Shown in pieces: positions 38,190 to 52,167 of a stretch of DNA of 64,000 nt (positions are counted from its first letter, which is position 1; each line of letters begins with the position of its first letter). The position numbers were made by a program, and so were the translations under genes. Source of the DNA: Chrysomallon squamiferum (lineage: Eukaryota; Animalia; Mollusca); contig CM022677.1 in the NCBI GenBank assembly GCA_012295275.1, positions 5,456,001 to 5,520,000 on the forward strand. Direction: 5' to 3'. Under the pieces are notes generated by a model. The model searched no databases, had not been told where the DNA came from, and was given only the letters and a program-made list of their open reading frames with translations.

Positions 38190-39230
38190 GTCACTCACTG
38201 GTGGATGAATATTACCATAATGTGGACACGTTACTCTGCTAAAACTGCATAGCAGACAGATCTGAGTACGTTGTTGTAAAACATTACTTGAAACCATTTA
38301 TAATTTTTTATTTTAATATTTATTTCCATATTCAATGCATTAGAGGTGGTATAAAAAAATTAGATAAAAATTAGTTATTTACCTAAAATGCCTCATAGGT
38401 CAGTGCTGAAGATTCAGAGGAGAATTTACAATTTGTAAGATTTCAGCTTTGAGAAATATTAGTGGTATTTGTATTATTATTATTATTACATTTTCATGTT
38501 ATATTTGTATTGCTTAACTTTAAAATATTTTGATCTAATCAATGCATTAGAAAATCTTTCATAAAGAAATATTTTCACTTATCTTTATGAATTTAGATTA
38601 TAAAAAACACATTTTTTAAGTTGACCAGAATTTTAAATTTACAGTTTGTATTGATCCTGTTTTTTTAGAGATCTAAATTTATATTTAAATTATTTGTTAT
38701 TAATTATTAAACCTATTATAATAAGACTGATGATGTTTATTTATAATATTTTCTTTCTAACATTACAAACACAATGGAAAAATACTTTTAAATAATTATT
38801 CTATTAAATTTTATTATTGTATCTACAGGAAAGACATTATTCTGGAATCAGCTTAAGTTACAAGAATATGGAGAAGACTATAAGGGTTGCTTCAAACAGT
38901 TGAGATATCTACTGATATAGACCAAGTTTCCAGACAGAGAAGTTGTTGACAATTTATGTCAGGGTTGATTGATTGTTCTCCAGTAGTTAACAGTGGATGA
39001 TTCTTGATTATTATGGAAAAAAAAACTTCCACTATAATGACTGAGGACACTGCAAAAACTCTGTGTGTTTCTACTTTACAAATTATAGAAGAAATGAAAA
39101 GATGTGGAGCAATGATATTTACAGATAGACAACAAGCAGGTTCCAGCTTAAAGTTGTTTTCATAAAGAATATTCAAAGTTAACTTGAGAGCTACCATTTG
39201 AAGAAATGGAAAGATGATTGACAGAGATAG
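38190..39230 (+). pseudogene. Unidentified decayed exon-like segments
   Basis: Acceptor-bounded blocks at ~38191-38270 and ~38829-39230 (ETLFWNQLKLQEYGEDYKGCFKQLRYLLI*TKFPDREVVDNLCQG...), with multiple stops. Confidence 0.3.
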
Positions 39231-41690
39231 TATGTGTGTGAGTGTGTTTGTGAGTGTATCAGCACTAGTGATAATTTCTACTCTGATAATAGTGATGATT
39301 GGTTCTGTGATAATACTAGGTGTGTGTGTGAGTGTACCAGATATAGTGATAACTGCTACTCTGATAATAGTAATTGTGTGTATGTTTGTGTGTGTGTGTG
39401 TGTGTGTGTCAGAAATAGTCATAATAGTGTCTGTGTTTCAGCACAAGTGATAATTACTACTCTGATAATAGTGTATGTGTGTGTGTGTATCTGTTTGAGT
39501 ATCGGCAATAGTGATAATTGCTACTCTGATAGTTTGTGTGTGTGTATCAGCAATAGTTGTAACTGCTTCTTTGATAATAGTATGTGTGTGTATTTGTATG
39601 TATGTGTGTATCAGCAGTAGTTACAATTGCTAACTCTGATAACAGTATGTGTGTCATAATTGCTACTCTGATAATAGTTTGTGTGTCAGTGTAACTACTG
39701 TTATAATTGTGTGTGTGTCAGGAATAGTACAACTGCTACTCTGATACTACTGTGTGTATGTAAGGGTAACTGTGTGCGTCTGTGTGTCTGTTACAGTGAT
39801 AATTGCTACTGATAATAGTATGTGTGTGTGAGTGTATGAGCAATAGTGATAATTGCTAGTCTGATATTGGTATGTGTTTGTGTTTGAGTGTATCAGCAAT
39901 AGTGATAACTGCTACTCTGATAATACTGTCTGTGTGAGTGGTATCAGCAATGGTGTTAATCTGATAATAGTATGTGTTTGTGTATGCATATTTGTATGTA
40001 TGTTAGTATGAGCAAGAGTTAACTACTCTGATAATAGTAACAGTGTTCGTGTCAGTGTATCAGCAATAGTGATAATTGCTACTCTGATAATAGTGTGTGC
40101 ATGTGAGTGTATCAGCAATAGTGATAATTGCTTCTCTGATAATAGTGTGTATGTGTGTGCCTGTGTGTTTGTCAGTTTATCAGCAATAATGATATTTGCT
40201 CCTCTGATAATAGTATTAGTGTGTGTATCAGCAATATTGGTAATTGCTTCTCTGATAATAGCATGTGTGTTTGTGTGTATGTTTCTGTGTGTGTATTAGC
40301 AATAGAGATTACTAATCTGATAATAATGTGTGTTTGTCTGTGTGTATCAGCAATAGTGACTATTGCTACTCAGATAATTGTCTGTGTCAGTGTACCAGCA
40401 ATAGTGATAATTACTTCTGAGATAATAGTATGTGTGTGTAACAGCATAGTGTGTGTATGTGTGTGAGTGTATCAGCCATACTGATAACTGCTACTCTGAT
40501 AATAGTATCTGTGTGTGTGTGTCTGTGTCAGCAATATTGAAAATTGCAACTCTGATAGTATGTGTGTATGAGTGAGTGTTTGAGCAATACTGATAACTGC
40601 TAGTCTGATAATAGTGTGTGCAATAGTGATAATTGCTACTCTGATGATAGTATGTGTATGTCAGTGTATGATAATAGTATGTGTGTGTGTTTGTGAGTGT
40701 ATGAGCAATAGTGATACTTGCTTGTGATAATAGTGTGTTTGTGTGAGTATATCAGATATAGTTATAACTGCTTTTCTGTTCATATTGCGTGTGTATCAGC
40801 AATACTGATAACTGTCTCTCTGATAATAGTATGTATGTGTGTGAGTGTATCAGCAATAGTGACAATTGCTACTCTGATAATAGCATGTGTGAGTGTATCG
40901 GCATTAGTGACAATTACTACTCTGATAATAGTACATGTGTATGTGTGAATGTATCAGCAATAGTGATAATTGCTTCTCTGATAATAGCAGGTGTGTTTGT
41001 GTGTATGTGTATGTGTGTCTATAAGCAATAGAGATAACTACTACTCTGATAATAATGTGTGTGTGTGTGTGTGTATCTGCAATAGTGACCATTGCTACTT
41101 AGATAATAGTGTGTGTGTGTGTGTCTATGAGCAATAGTGATAATTGCTTCTCTGATAATAGCATGTGTGTATGTGGCTGTGTGTGTATCAGCAATAATAT
41201 TTGCTAATCTAATAATAGTATGTGTATATATCCGCAACAGAGATAACTACTAATAATACTATGAGTGTGTGTGTGTGTGTGTGAGAATCAGCAATAGTGA
41301 TAATTTCTACTCTGATAGTGTCTGTGTATAAGCAATAGTTTTAATTGCATCAGAACTAGTGATAACTTCTATGCAGATAGTAGTGTGTATGTGTGTGGTT
41401 CTGTGTATGTATGTGTATCAGTAATAGTGATAATAGTGTGTGTGTGTGTCAACAATAGTGTAATTGCTACTCTGATAATGGTGTGTGTTTGTGACTGTGT
41501 CAGCAATACTGACTATTGCTACTCAAATAATTGTCTGTGTCAGTGTGATAATTACTTCTGAGATAATAGTATGTGTGTGAGTGTATCGGCCATACTGATA
41601 ACTGCTACTCTGATAATAGTGTGTGTGTGTATCAGCAATAGTTATAATTGCTACTATTAAGATAACAGTGTGTGTGTTTGTGTGTGTATT
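39230..41690. repeat. Compound minisatellite, ~45-60 bp units with (GT)n spacers
   Basis: Core tatcagcaatagtgataattgctactctgataatagt is repeated dozens of times, separated by variable GT tracts. Confidence 0.92.
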
Positions 41691-43272
41691 AAGAAATATT
41701 TGGTTATCAATTTATATGTTTAAATGTTTTGTACAAAATACTCAGGCCAGTTTTATTTAAATTTAAGATTGAAACTGATGGTGTCTTTAGTCGTTCTATT
41801 ATACCACAAAGGGACATGTCTGAGTTAAAGAGCTTGAGTGGAAACTCATTAGGTAACAAATTATTTTTGTATTTTTCAGTAAAAAATTATTTTTTAATAC
41901 AGAATATTAAAACAGAAGCTTGCAAATATTTGAGATTTATTATGTTTATTTTTGTTACATACACAGGAGGAAAAATAACACTTGCTAATAGCTTCTTGTA
42001 TTTTATAGTAGTAAACAGTTGTGTTATTATTTTTGTCAGAGATGTGATTAGCACCAAAAACATCGGCAGCAATAGCTGTAATAGTAGCAATAGCATTAGC
42101 AGTAGTAATTATAACAGCTACTACTGTATCAAAGAAACCCAACTAGAAACAGTAGTAGTAGTAGTAATAATAGTAATAATAATAATAATAATAGCTAACC
42201 TTGTAGGATAGTGATAATAAAAGCTAATGTAGTAGTGTGGTAAAGGAGTTATCATAACTGTAGTTGCAGTAGGTAGCAGTAATACTAATAATAGCAGCTA
42301 TGTAGTTTTAATAGAGGTTCAGTAGGAACAGTAGTTGTAGTTGCAATAGTCGTATGACTTTTTAAATGCTCTATTCCACATTTTTTGATACACAGGAATA
42401 GTATAATTGCTAGATCAGTTTTTAATACTAGCTCCTGTTAAAAAAAAAAAAAAAATATTATTTGATGTACTAATTTAAAACAGGTGATAAATTAGTAACA
42501 GCTGTAGTTAAATTATATTTTCTTTTTACAATATTTTTGTTATTTTTAATTAATTAATTTTTATATTTGTTACAATTTTGCTGTTGAATTTGATTTTTTA
42601 ATTCATTGTTACTGTTACTTGGTAAATAAAAAAGAGATATAAAATTGTTTTCAGGGTGTTAATTATTATTGATTTTGTTTTTAATTTGGATGGGCAATTG
42701 TATTTGCTTTCTTTATTTATTTCATATGTTTTAACAATATAACTAAAGTTTTATCAAAAGAGAGTTATTTCCCTTATGTTATGAAAATTATTATCCATGG
42801 TCAGTTGCTTATAATAGCATAAATTAATAATAATAATAATAATAATAAACTAACAAATGGATAAATAAATAATTGGGGTATTCATTCACACAAAACAGGA
42901 CAAATTACAAAATAAAATGAAATGATTTGTATACTTTGTGAAGGCAATAATTGTATAAAATTGGGTCTAAGAATATTTTGAATTTTAACTCAATTCTCAA
43001 CATATAAATAATAGTTGCTGGAAAAATTATACTTATTCTTAAATATTACTCAAAAGGAAACAAAGGAATATATATATAGAAGTAAATACAAATTTTCAAG
43101 TTAACGAAATGATAAGGAATAATAGTGAATGAAATAGTAAATTTTTCAAATTAAAATAAATTTTAAATGGAATAAAAAGTGTTGTTAACAAATATTTATT
43201 TCATGGAAGACTCAACAATTATAACAATAATAATCTATTTAAATATGTACAGAATTACAAATTTAAAACTAT

Positions 43273-43305
<33 letters not shown>

Positions 43306-44396
43306 GAGCATGTGCATGCTTGTGCACATTTGTGTATGTGTGTATGTGCATTTGTGTTTCTGACTAAACAAGAACAAACTTACACTAATATTCACAAAAA
43401 CACACAAACAAAAACATATATTAATTTCTACATAGTTTATATTTATTAGTATATAACATCTAATGTCTTGTATATCAATTAATTAGAAAATTCGATTAAA
43501 CTATTACAAGCAAATCAAGCAATGTTAATGTAAATTCAAAAGTAATAATAATTGTGTAAATTATCAGTTTATGTCTATTTGAATAAAAATTGGATGCTTT
43601 ATTTTTTCTTAAAGTTTAATAAATAATAAAATAATATTAAAAGTGATATATAAATTACAATAATGACAATAATAAATTAATAATAAATTTATAAATAAAC
43701 GAATAAAAAAGAAATAATAAAATTACAATAATGACAATGACAGAAATAACTAATTAATAATACATTTTTATTAAGGATGCTATTAATATTAAAGGGAACT
43801 AAACTACAAATGCTATATATCTACAATAATTACTACAAAATGCATTTCTAAAAATGCACTAAATGATAATAAAATCTAATGAGACAAGTTAAATTCGTTT
43901 TTATTTTATGTATTTATTTTTCATTAAGTGATGCTGAAGATGCATAAAACATAAGAAATATGGAAATGGAGGTCGTACCCACGACACTCCCCGATTTTCT
44001 AGTTTCACTGTAAATTATATTCCTGTACTAGAACTAACTCGCAATAGCTCAATGGAAATCTTCTTTAGAACATTTTAATAAATTTATAAATTTCACACTA
44101 GTGTACACGTGTAAAATAGACTTACTGGTACAAACAGTGTCTTCAGATGGATAAAAAAATAAACGAATATGCATAACCTCATTTTCTGCCGATAACTCGA
44201 ATAACGCAGGAGTACTTATCCTTTTGTTACTAGCAGTAGAGTAAAAAGTAACGTGTGATTTATTTTAATAAGAAACTAAAGATAGAATGTATATGTAAAA
44301 AAAAAAAAAAAAAAAAAAAAACAAAAACAAAAATACTGCAATAAAAAATAAAATAAAAATAGAAATAGTTCTAACAACAAAAACTATAATTTCAGA

Positions 44397-44853
44397 AAGT
44401 TACTCTGGAGAAACATCATGTCGAGAACCAGGGTCATCAACATCTAGGAAACGGAAAGCAGAGGATGATGAATGCCCGGAGAAGTCTCCAAAAGTTCGAA
44501 AGTCTTCCGAAAGTGACTCAGGAGAAACAACACGTGGAGAAAGACAAAGAACATCAACATCATCATCAACCACCACTGCTGAAGCAACACAACAGTCTGA
44601 AACTTCAAAATGTGACTCTGGAGAAACATCACAGAGCAGAAAAACCAGGGACATCAACATCAGCATCAACCACCACTGCTGAATAAATACAACAGTCTGA
44701 AACTTCAAAAGGTGACTCTGGAGAAACATAACGTGGAGAAAGACCAAGGACATCAACATCAGCATCAACCACCACTGCTGAATCAATACAACAGTCTGAA
44801 ACTTCAAAATGTGACTCTGGAGAAACATCACAAGGAGAAATACCAGGGACATC
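44397..44853 (+). repeat. ~99-bp tandem repeat, possibly a Ser/Thr-rich coding exon remnant
   Basis: tgactctggagaaaca recurs at ~44613, 44713 and 44812. One frame reads RKRKAEDD..KSPKVRK then DSGETTRGERQRTSTSSSTTTAEATQQSETSKC. It follows a tttcag acceptor and runs into the gap. Confidence 0.6.
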
Positions 44854-45053
44854 NNNNNNNNNNNNNNNNNNNNNNNNNNNNNNNNNNNNNNNNNNNNNNN
44901 NNNNNNNNNNNNNNNNNNNNNNNNNNNNNNNNNNNNNNNNNNNNNNNNNNNNNNNNNNNNNNNNNNNNNNNNNNNNNNNNNNNNNNNNNNNNNNNNNNNN
45001 NNNNNNNNNNNNNNNNNNNNNNNNNNNNNNNNNNNNNNNNNNNNNNNNNNNNN
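44854..45053. other. Assembly gap (200 N)
   Basis: Run of N characters. Confidence 1.
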
Positions 45054-46512
45054 TACAAATACAAAATACATACAAATAATACACACACAGATACATATAC
45101 ATGCTACATACCAATACATACAACAAACAGGGACAGATACACACATAGATACGTACATACAAATACATACAAATAATACACACACAGATACATATACATG
45201 CTACATACCAATACATACAACAAACAGGGACAGATACACATAGATACGTACAAATACATACAAAAATAATACACACACAGATACATATATACATGCTACA
45301 TACCAATACATACAACAAACAGGGACAGATACACATATATACGTACATACAAATAATACACACACAGATACATATACATGCTACACCAATACAAACAAAC
45401 AGGGACAGATACACATAGATACGTACATACAAATACATACAAATAATACACACACAGATACATATACATGCTACATACCAATACATACAACAAACAGGGA
45501 CAGATACAGATACGTACATACAAATAATACACACACAGATACATATACATGCTACATACAAAAACAGGGACAGATACACATAGATACGTACATACAAATA
45601 CAACAAATAATACACACACAGATACATATACATGCTACATACCAATACATACAACAAACAGGGACAGATACACATACGATACAAATACATACAAATACAT
45701 ATAAATAATACACACACAGATACATAGATACATACACAACAAACAGGGACAGATACACATAGATACGTACATACAACATAATACACACAATACATATACA
45801 TACAAACAAACAGGGACAGATACACATAGATACGTACATACAAATACATACAAATAATACACACACAGATACATATACATGCTACATACCAATACATACA
45901 ACAAACAGGGACAGATACAGATACACATAGATACAAATACATACAAATAATACACACACAGATACATATACATGCTACATACCAATACATACAACAAACA
46001 GGGACAGATACACATAGATACGTACAAACAAATAATACACACACAGATACATATACATGCTAATACATACAACAAACAGGGACAGATACACATATATACG
46101 TACATACAAATACAAATAATACACATGCTAGATACAAAACAGGGACAGATACACATAGATACGTACATACAAATACATACAAATAATACACACACAGATA
46201 CATATACATGCTACATACCAATACATACAACAAACAGGGACAGATACACATAGATACGTACATACAAATACAGATACAAATAATACACACACAGATACAT
46301 ATACATGCTACATACCAATACATACAACAAACAGGGACAGATACACATAGATACGTACATACAAATACATACAAAAACAGGGACAGATACACATAGATAC
46401 AAACACAGATACATATATACATATACATGCTACATACCAATACATACAACAAACAGGGACAGATACACATAGATACGTACATACAAATACATACAAAATA
46501 ATACAAACACAG
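45054..46512. repeat. CA-rich minisatellite, ~85-95 bp unit
   Basis: Repeats of aataatacacacacagatacatatacatgctacataccaatacatacaacaaacagggacagatacacatagatacgtacatacaaat. Confidence 0.92.
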
Positions 46513-46517
46513 ACTTG

Positions 46518-46581
<64 letters not shown>

Positions 46582-46990
46582 ATAATAATAATAATAATAA
46601 TAGACAAAAACAACAAATACCAGAAACAACTTCAGTAGCAACACTGACAGTAACAGTGACTGAAAAGACCAAATGCACAATAACAACATTATGATTAACA
46701 GTACAGACGTAAACAATAATATTAACCGAAATGATAAAAGTAACAGTTACCCTAAACACAGCAAAATGAGAACAACCACAACAATATTAACAGACCACCG
46801 GATGATAATTATGACAATTTACTAATAACAATCATAGTGATATGAGCAGAACACTGACAGCAACGACATCAACAACCACAACAATATAGGAGTAACAGCT
46901 ACACCAAGCATATTCAAAGAAAATGAGAACCACAATATTAATATCAAAACAAAGGTAACAACAGCGATATCAATACAAATAAAGGTTATG

Positions 46991-47021
<31 letters not shown>

Positions 47022-47349
47022 TGTCAATTGGGAAATGACATATATTAATAATAAAGACAAGAAAGACAGTGACAGCAATTTTCTCTTTACACTCATGAAC
47101 TTTATCAATTAAATTTTTGGAAATGAAAGCTTTTTGAATTTTTATCCTAACATCCATCATAAACCTGTTCAAGTTTTACATGAAAAATCTCTCAAGATAA
47201 ATAGATAATTAAATTTAATGTGAACAATAACCATAGTCCTGAAAGTAATACAACACTAAACCTGATCCTAGTGATAATCCTAACAGCAAATGTAATCTGA
47301 CTAATCTCTTCTCAGAACAGAACTTGTCAGCCACACACACTCAGAACAG

Positions 47350-47660
47350 CACTTTTCAAGTGACACTATTCCAGACTAAAGCTATAACCATACACTTTTC
47401 AAGTGACACTATCCCAGACTAAAGCTGTGACCATACACTTTTCAAGTGACACTATTCCAGACTAAAGCTATAACCATACACTTTTCAAGTGACACTATTC
47501 CAGACTAAAGCTATAACCATAAACTTTTCAAGTGACACTATCCCAGACTAAAGCTATAACCATAAACTTTTCAAGTGACACTATTCCAGACTAAAGTTAT
47601 GACCCATACACTTTTCAAGTGACACTATTCCAGACTAAAACTGTGACCCATACACTTTCA
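47350..47660. repeat. Minisatellite, 43 bp x ~7
   Basis: Unit cacttttcaagtgacactattccagactaaagctataaccata. Confidence 0.92.
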
Positions 47661-49122
47661 GTCAATAAAACTGGAGGATATAGTATCAGTTTAAAAACAA
47701 CCAATGTAGTAAATGAACAGTGAGAAAAAGTGTTATTGTCTCAAATAAAATTTCTATATCAGTACAAAGTAACAAAACTAACATTTGAAACTCCAAGATA
47801 AAAAATGTTAAATATAAACATATCAATGATATCATACATTAATAAATTAAAAGCATTAATTACATAGCTATATTCAGTTTATAGGTGATCTGCATGCAAA
47901 TGAAACATACTCAGACATAATTTTAGAGAAAACAAAAATGAGATGAAAAACAAAAACAAATAAAATTACAATAAACAATAGTACAAATTTAATAATTTAT
48001 TTCAAATATTTGTATATTTAAAGAGGCGTTTACTTTGTAACACACGATTTATTACAATGATGATGATGTTTTTAATTATTATTATTATTGTGTAAAATAA
48101 ATTAAGTAAATTATATTATATTTACTCATTAATTCTCTATCATTACAAATAAAATTACTTTAAATTTGACTTTATTCTGATCAAATAAAATGTTAATAAC
48201 CAAAGATAAAACGAACCACTCCCCAGTAAAATGCATCCTGTTTAACATTATTTAAATACTAACAGCCTACATTAAGAGAAATACCAAGTTTAATATACTA
48301 AATGAATCTGTAAAATAAATAAATGAGAAAACAACTAAGAATATTAACTGAAATGAGTAATAAACAATCTCACTGATTTATCTGATTAATAACAACATTT
48401 ACAGTGAATATTACACATTACTGACATAGCATTTTATTTTGTTTATTTAAATGTATCTTTTGTGCTGAATATTAATTTCTAAAACATCATGAAAATTAAA
48501 TATTCGTTCAGTTAAATGTGCCATTCCTTTATTGTTGTTTTTCTGATAACAACGAGTGTAAATTAAATATTCGTTCAGTTAAATGTGCCATTCCTTTATT
48601 GTTGTTTTTCTGATAACAATGAGTGTAAATTAAATTGAGAAAAACAGTTTCTAACTTGATCTAAACATTTATCAATTTTTAGATGACAACATTTAGAATA
48701 CTTCAAATTTAAATTGTATCATATATATTTAGTATTTCTTTAACATTACATATAATAATAAGTTTACTTTAAATTAATTTAATTGTGAAGAATTAAAATG
48801 TTAATAACGAAGGATGCATCCTGTTTAATATTAAGTAATTTCAGTATCAACAGGCTGTTGTAATCTTAATCTTAGTAATTATATTTTTAGTCATTTTTCA
48901 GTTTAACAAACATTTGGAACTATGAAAGAAAACCTTTCAGAAATAAACAGGTGTCCAGAACAATCATCTTTTCTGTTCAGAACTTTTAGTTTTTCTTTCT
49001 TACTGACAGGATGAACTGTCGTGTACACAAGCTGGACCCTAGAACTGCTCATCTTCCCGAAACTTTCATCTGAAAATAAAATCAAATTACAAATGTTACT
49101 GGTTTCATTTATCAATGCTTCT

Positions 49123-49164
<42 letters not shown>

Positions 49165-49604
49165 GTTGTTCATTTTATTTTATTTACTTTATATATGTTA
49201 CAGGAAATATTATAATTTATTTAAAGAATTTTAAAAATATATATTCTGATTATACATATTCCTGTAACATATAAACTAAATAAATCAAGAGCAAAGTTTA
49301 ACAACAATTGAAGCATAGCTAGACTTTAATTATTAAATATTTAACATTTATTAGAATTCATATCTTTTTCTTCCTATTTTTTATGTTTTTCAAGTTGATA
49401 TTTTAAAACAAACTATCTATAAAGATATGCTTTGGTTTGCTTTATTTTTTATTATCTGTTGTTGTTGGGCTTTTATTTTTTAGTTACCTTTCAACAAATT
49501 TTGATAATACAGGAACTCATGCATAGTATTAATCGTTCTAAACAACATCTTTGTATTACAAATGAGGCTTTATTGGCTAAAATAGCATGTCACGTGATAC
49601 TAAC

Positions 49605-50279
49605 CTAACAGGATCCTTCAAGTTCCAAGACTGCTTCGAAAAGTGTTACTGCATTTGGAAAATCAGAACCATCTTTTCTTTTCCGATTATCAATGGACTT
49701 TTGAATAAGTTCAATAGAATATCCCATTTCCAAAACTGCCTGGATCGCTGGGCTGTAGACATAATTACTACTCGAGCTGTCACCACTTGTTGCTTGAGTC
49801 ACAACGCTATTCACAGATTTTACAAAACAGCTGTTGTCGGCTTTATTGCGGCTCTATTCAACAATATTCGTTTTATTTTTCGAGTCCTTCTTTAATTCCT
49901 CAACTTCAACCATTTTCCTTATTTCATCAACGTCCAGTTTGTCAGCGAATTCACAGTTCTTAGCCCATTCTTTGTGAACAACTGGCGGAAAATCATCGTC
50001 ATCCCAGTCACGCAAAGTTAGTCCACAATGAAAACATCTTGCGCGATCCGCCGATCCTATGTAGAAAAATCCACAGTGAGCCAAAACACTGGGCTTCTGC
50101 AAGGGTGATAAGAGCGGCCATCCAACGAAGCTTTCCAACCTTTTTTCATAGATCTCGTACTCCCTGTATTTTGGAATACTACCAGAACTACTAGTACTAC
50201 TAATGCCTTTGTAATTTTTGAACGTCTCCCAACTTATGTTTGAATTCACTGGAACTGAATCTGTCTGAATATCAGACAT
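49605..50279 (-). pseudogene. Inhibitor-of-apoptosis (IAP/BIRC) gene exon: one BIR plus UBA, interrupted by an in-frame TAG
   Basis: YEKRLESFVGWP..LAHCGFFYIGSADRARCFHCGLTLRDWDDDDFPPVVHKEWAKNCEF fits C-x2-C-x16-H-x6-C. After the TAG at 49856-49854 the same frame gives SPAIQAVLEMGYSIELIQKSI..FPNAVTLFEAVL (IAP-type UBA). A possible next exon lies at ~49069-48952. Confidence 0.9.
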
Positions 50280-50337
50280 TTTGATAAATTCGAGCAACTG
50301 ATTAGCGAGTATAAATGGCGTCGTCTATACTTTAGAA

Positions 50338-50418
50338 GAACCAATCAGAGTACAGATAATAAACATCTACAGGTAACAACAATGGTCAGCCGGTTCTAAA
50401 AATAAATCGGGGAATTCC
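50338..50418 (-). promoter_or_regulatory. CCAAT box and NF-kB site upstream of the IAP
   Basis: gaaCCAATcag at 50338-50348. GGGGAATTCC at 50409-50418 fits GGGRNWYYCC and lies about 130 nt upstream of the ATG at 50279. Confidence 0.55.
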
Positions 50419-50911
50419 GTATTATGTTACTATAATTAAACCAACTTTTGTTTCAACATTATTAATATACAGAAAAAAAAAAATAAATAAATAAATAAAA
50501 AAAAAAATAAAAAAAAATAATAATAATAAAGTTAATAATAATAATAATTTAGTTTTTAATTTTAATTTTAATTTTTAAAAGATCTTATTGTTCTTATTAT
50601 ATTTTTATTTATTTATCGCTTTTTATTTTTACACAGAACATAGACCTACAGAAAAACGTTTCTATACCGCGTTAATTTTTATTGATTATTATCAATATTT
50701 TGTTTTATTTTATTTTATTTTTTTATTTATTTTACCACATTTTTAATCTTGATGTATTGGTTCAATTCTATAAAATATTGTCTGATCAAGAGACCGATTG
50801 TATAAAACTCTAATCTCGGTTATTTTTAAAACACGATAATAATTGTTCCGTGAATGTGGCTGGTATCACGTTTGTAGTTTGATTTCCTCAGCAACTGTCA
50901 CCCTGAACTGT

Positions 50912-51975
50912 TTACCATACTGAATAGCGATTTCATTAGCTTTGTAAAGAAAATAACTAATCATTATATATATATATTACCATACTGAATAGCGATTTCA
51001 TTAGCTTTGTAAAGAAAATAACTAATCATTATATATATATTACCATACTGAATAGTGATTTCATTAGCTTTGTAAAGAAAATAACTAATCATTATATATA
51101 TATTACCATACTGAATAGTGATTTCATTAGCTTTGTAAAGAAAATTACTAATCATTATATATATATATATATATATACCATACTGAATAGCGATTTCATT
51201 AGCTTTGTAAAGAAAATAACTAATCATTATATATATATTACCATACTGAATAGCGATTTCATTAGCTTTGTAAAGAAAATTACTAATCATTATATATATA
51301 TTACCATACTGAATAGCGATTTCATTAGCTTTGTAAAGAAAATAACTAATCATTATATATATATTACCATACTGAATAGTGATTTCATTAGCTTTGTAAA
51401 GAAAATTACTAATCATTATATATATATTACCATACTGAATAGTGATTTCATTAGCTTTGTAAAGAAAATTACTAATCATTATATATATATTACCATACTG
51501 AATAGCGATTTCATTAGCTTTGTAAAGAAAATAACTAATCATTATATATATATATTTCATTAGCTTTGTAAAGAAAATAACTAATCATTATACTGATATA
51601 TTACCATACTGAATAGTGATTTCATTAGCTTTGTAAAGAAAATTACTAATCATTATATATATATATATATATACCATACTGAATAGCGATTTCATTAGCT
51701 TTGTAAAGAAAATAACTAATCATTATATATATATTACCATACTGAATAGCGATTTCATTAGCTTTGTAAAGAAAATTACTAATCATTATATATATATATT
51801 ACCATACTGAATAGATTTCATAGATTTGTAAAGAAAATAACTAATCATTATATATATATAGATAGAATAGTGATTTCATTAGCTTTGTAAAGAAAATTAC
51901 TAATCATTATATATATATTACCATATTGAATAGCTATTTCATTATTTTTGTAAAGAAAAATTAAATCATTAATAT
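50912..51975. repeat. Minisatellite, ~63 bp unit, about 16 copies
   Basis: Unit ttaccatactgaatagcgatttcattagctttgtaaagaaaataactaatcat(ta)n. Confidence 0.93.
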
Positions 51976-52055
51976 ATCATGGGAATAGAATTTCATTAGA
52001 TGGATAGATAGATTATTAATCATTATGGGAAGAATTTTATATATACATATATATG

Positions 52056-52087
<32 letters not shown>

Positions 52088-52129
52088 GCAAATCATTTTC
52101 GAGGATGCTTCAACATGAATACAGTAGAA

Positions 52130-52167
<38 letters not shown>

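Noticed and set aside
44400-46760. Long Cys/Val/Tyr-rich ORFs (up to 471 aa)
   Set aside because: Translations of CA/GT-rich satellite; some span the N gap.
47880-47925. Minus-strand CFICM as a possible IAP RING exon
   Set aside because: No PCGH or later Cys pairs, and a stop is adjacent.
50964-51560. 198-aa ORF of 21-aa repeats
   Set aside because: By-product of a 63-bp minisatellite; variable TA tracts break the frame in neighbouring units.
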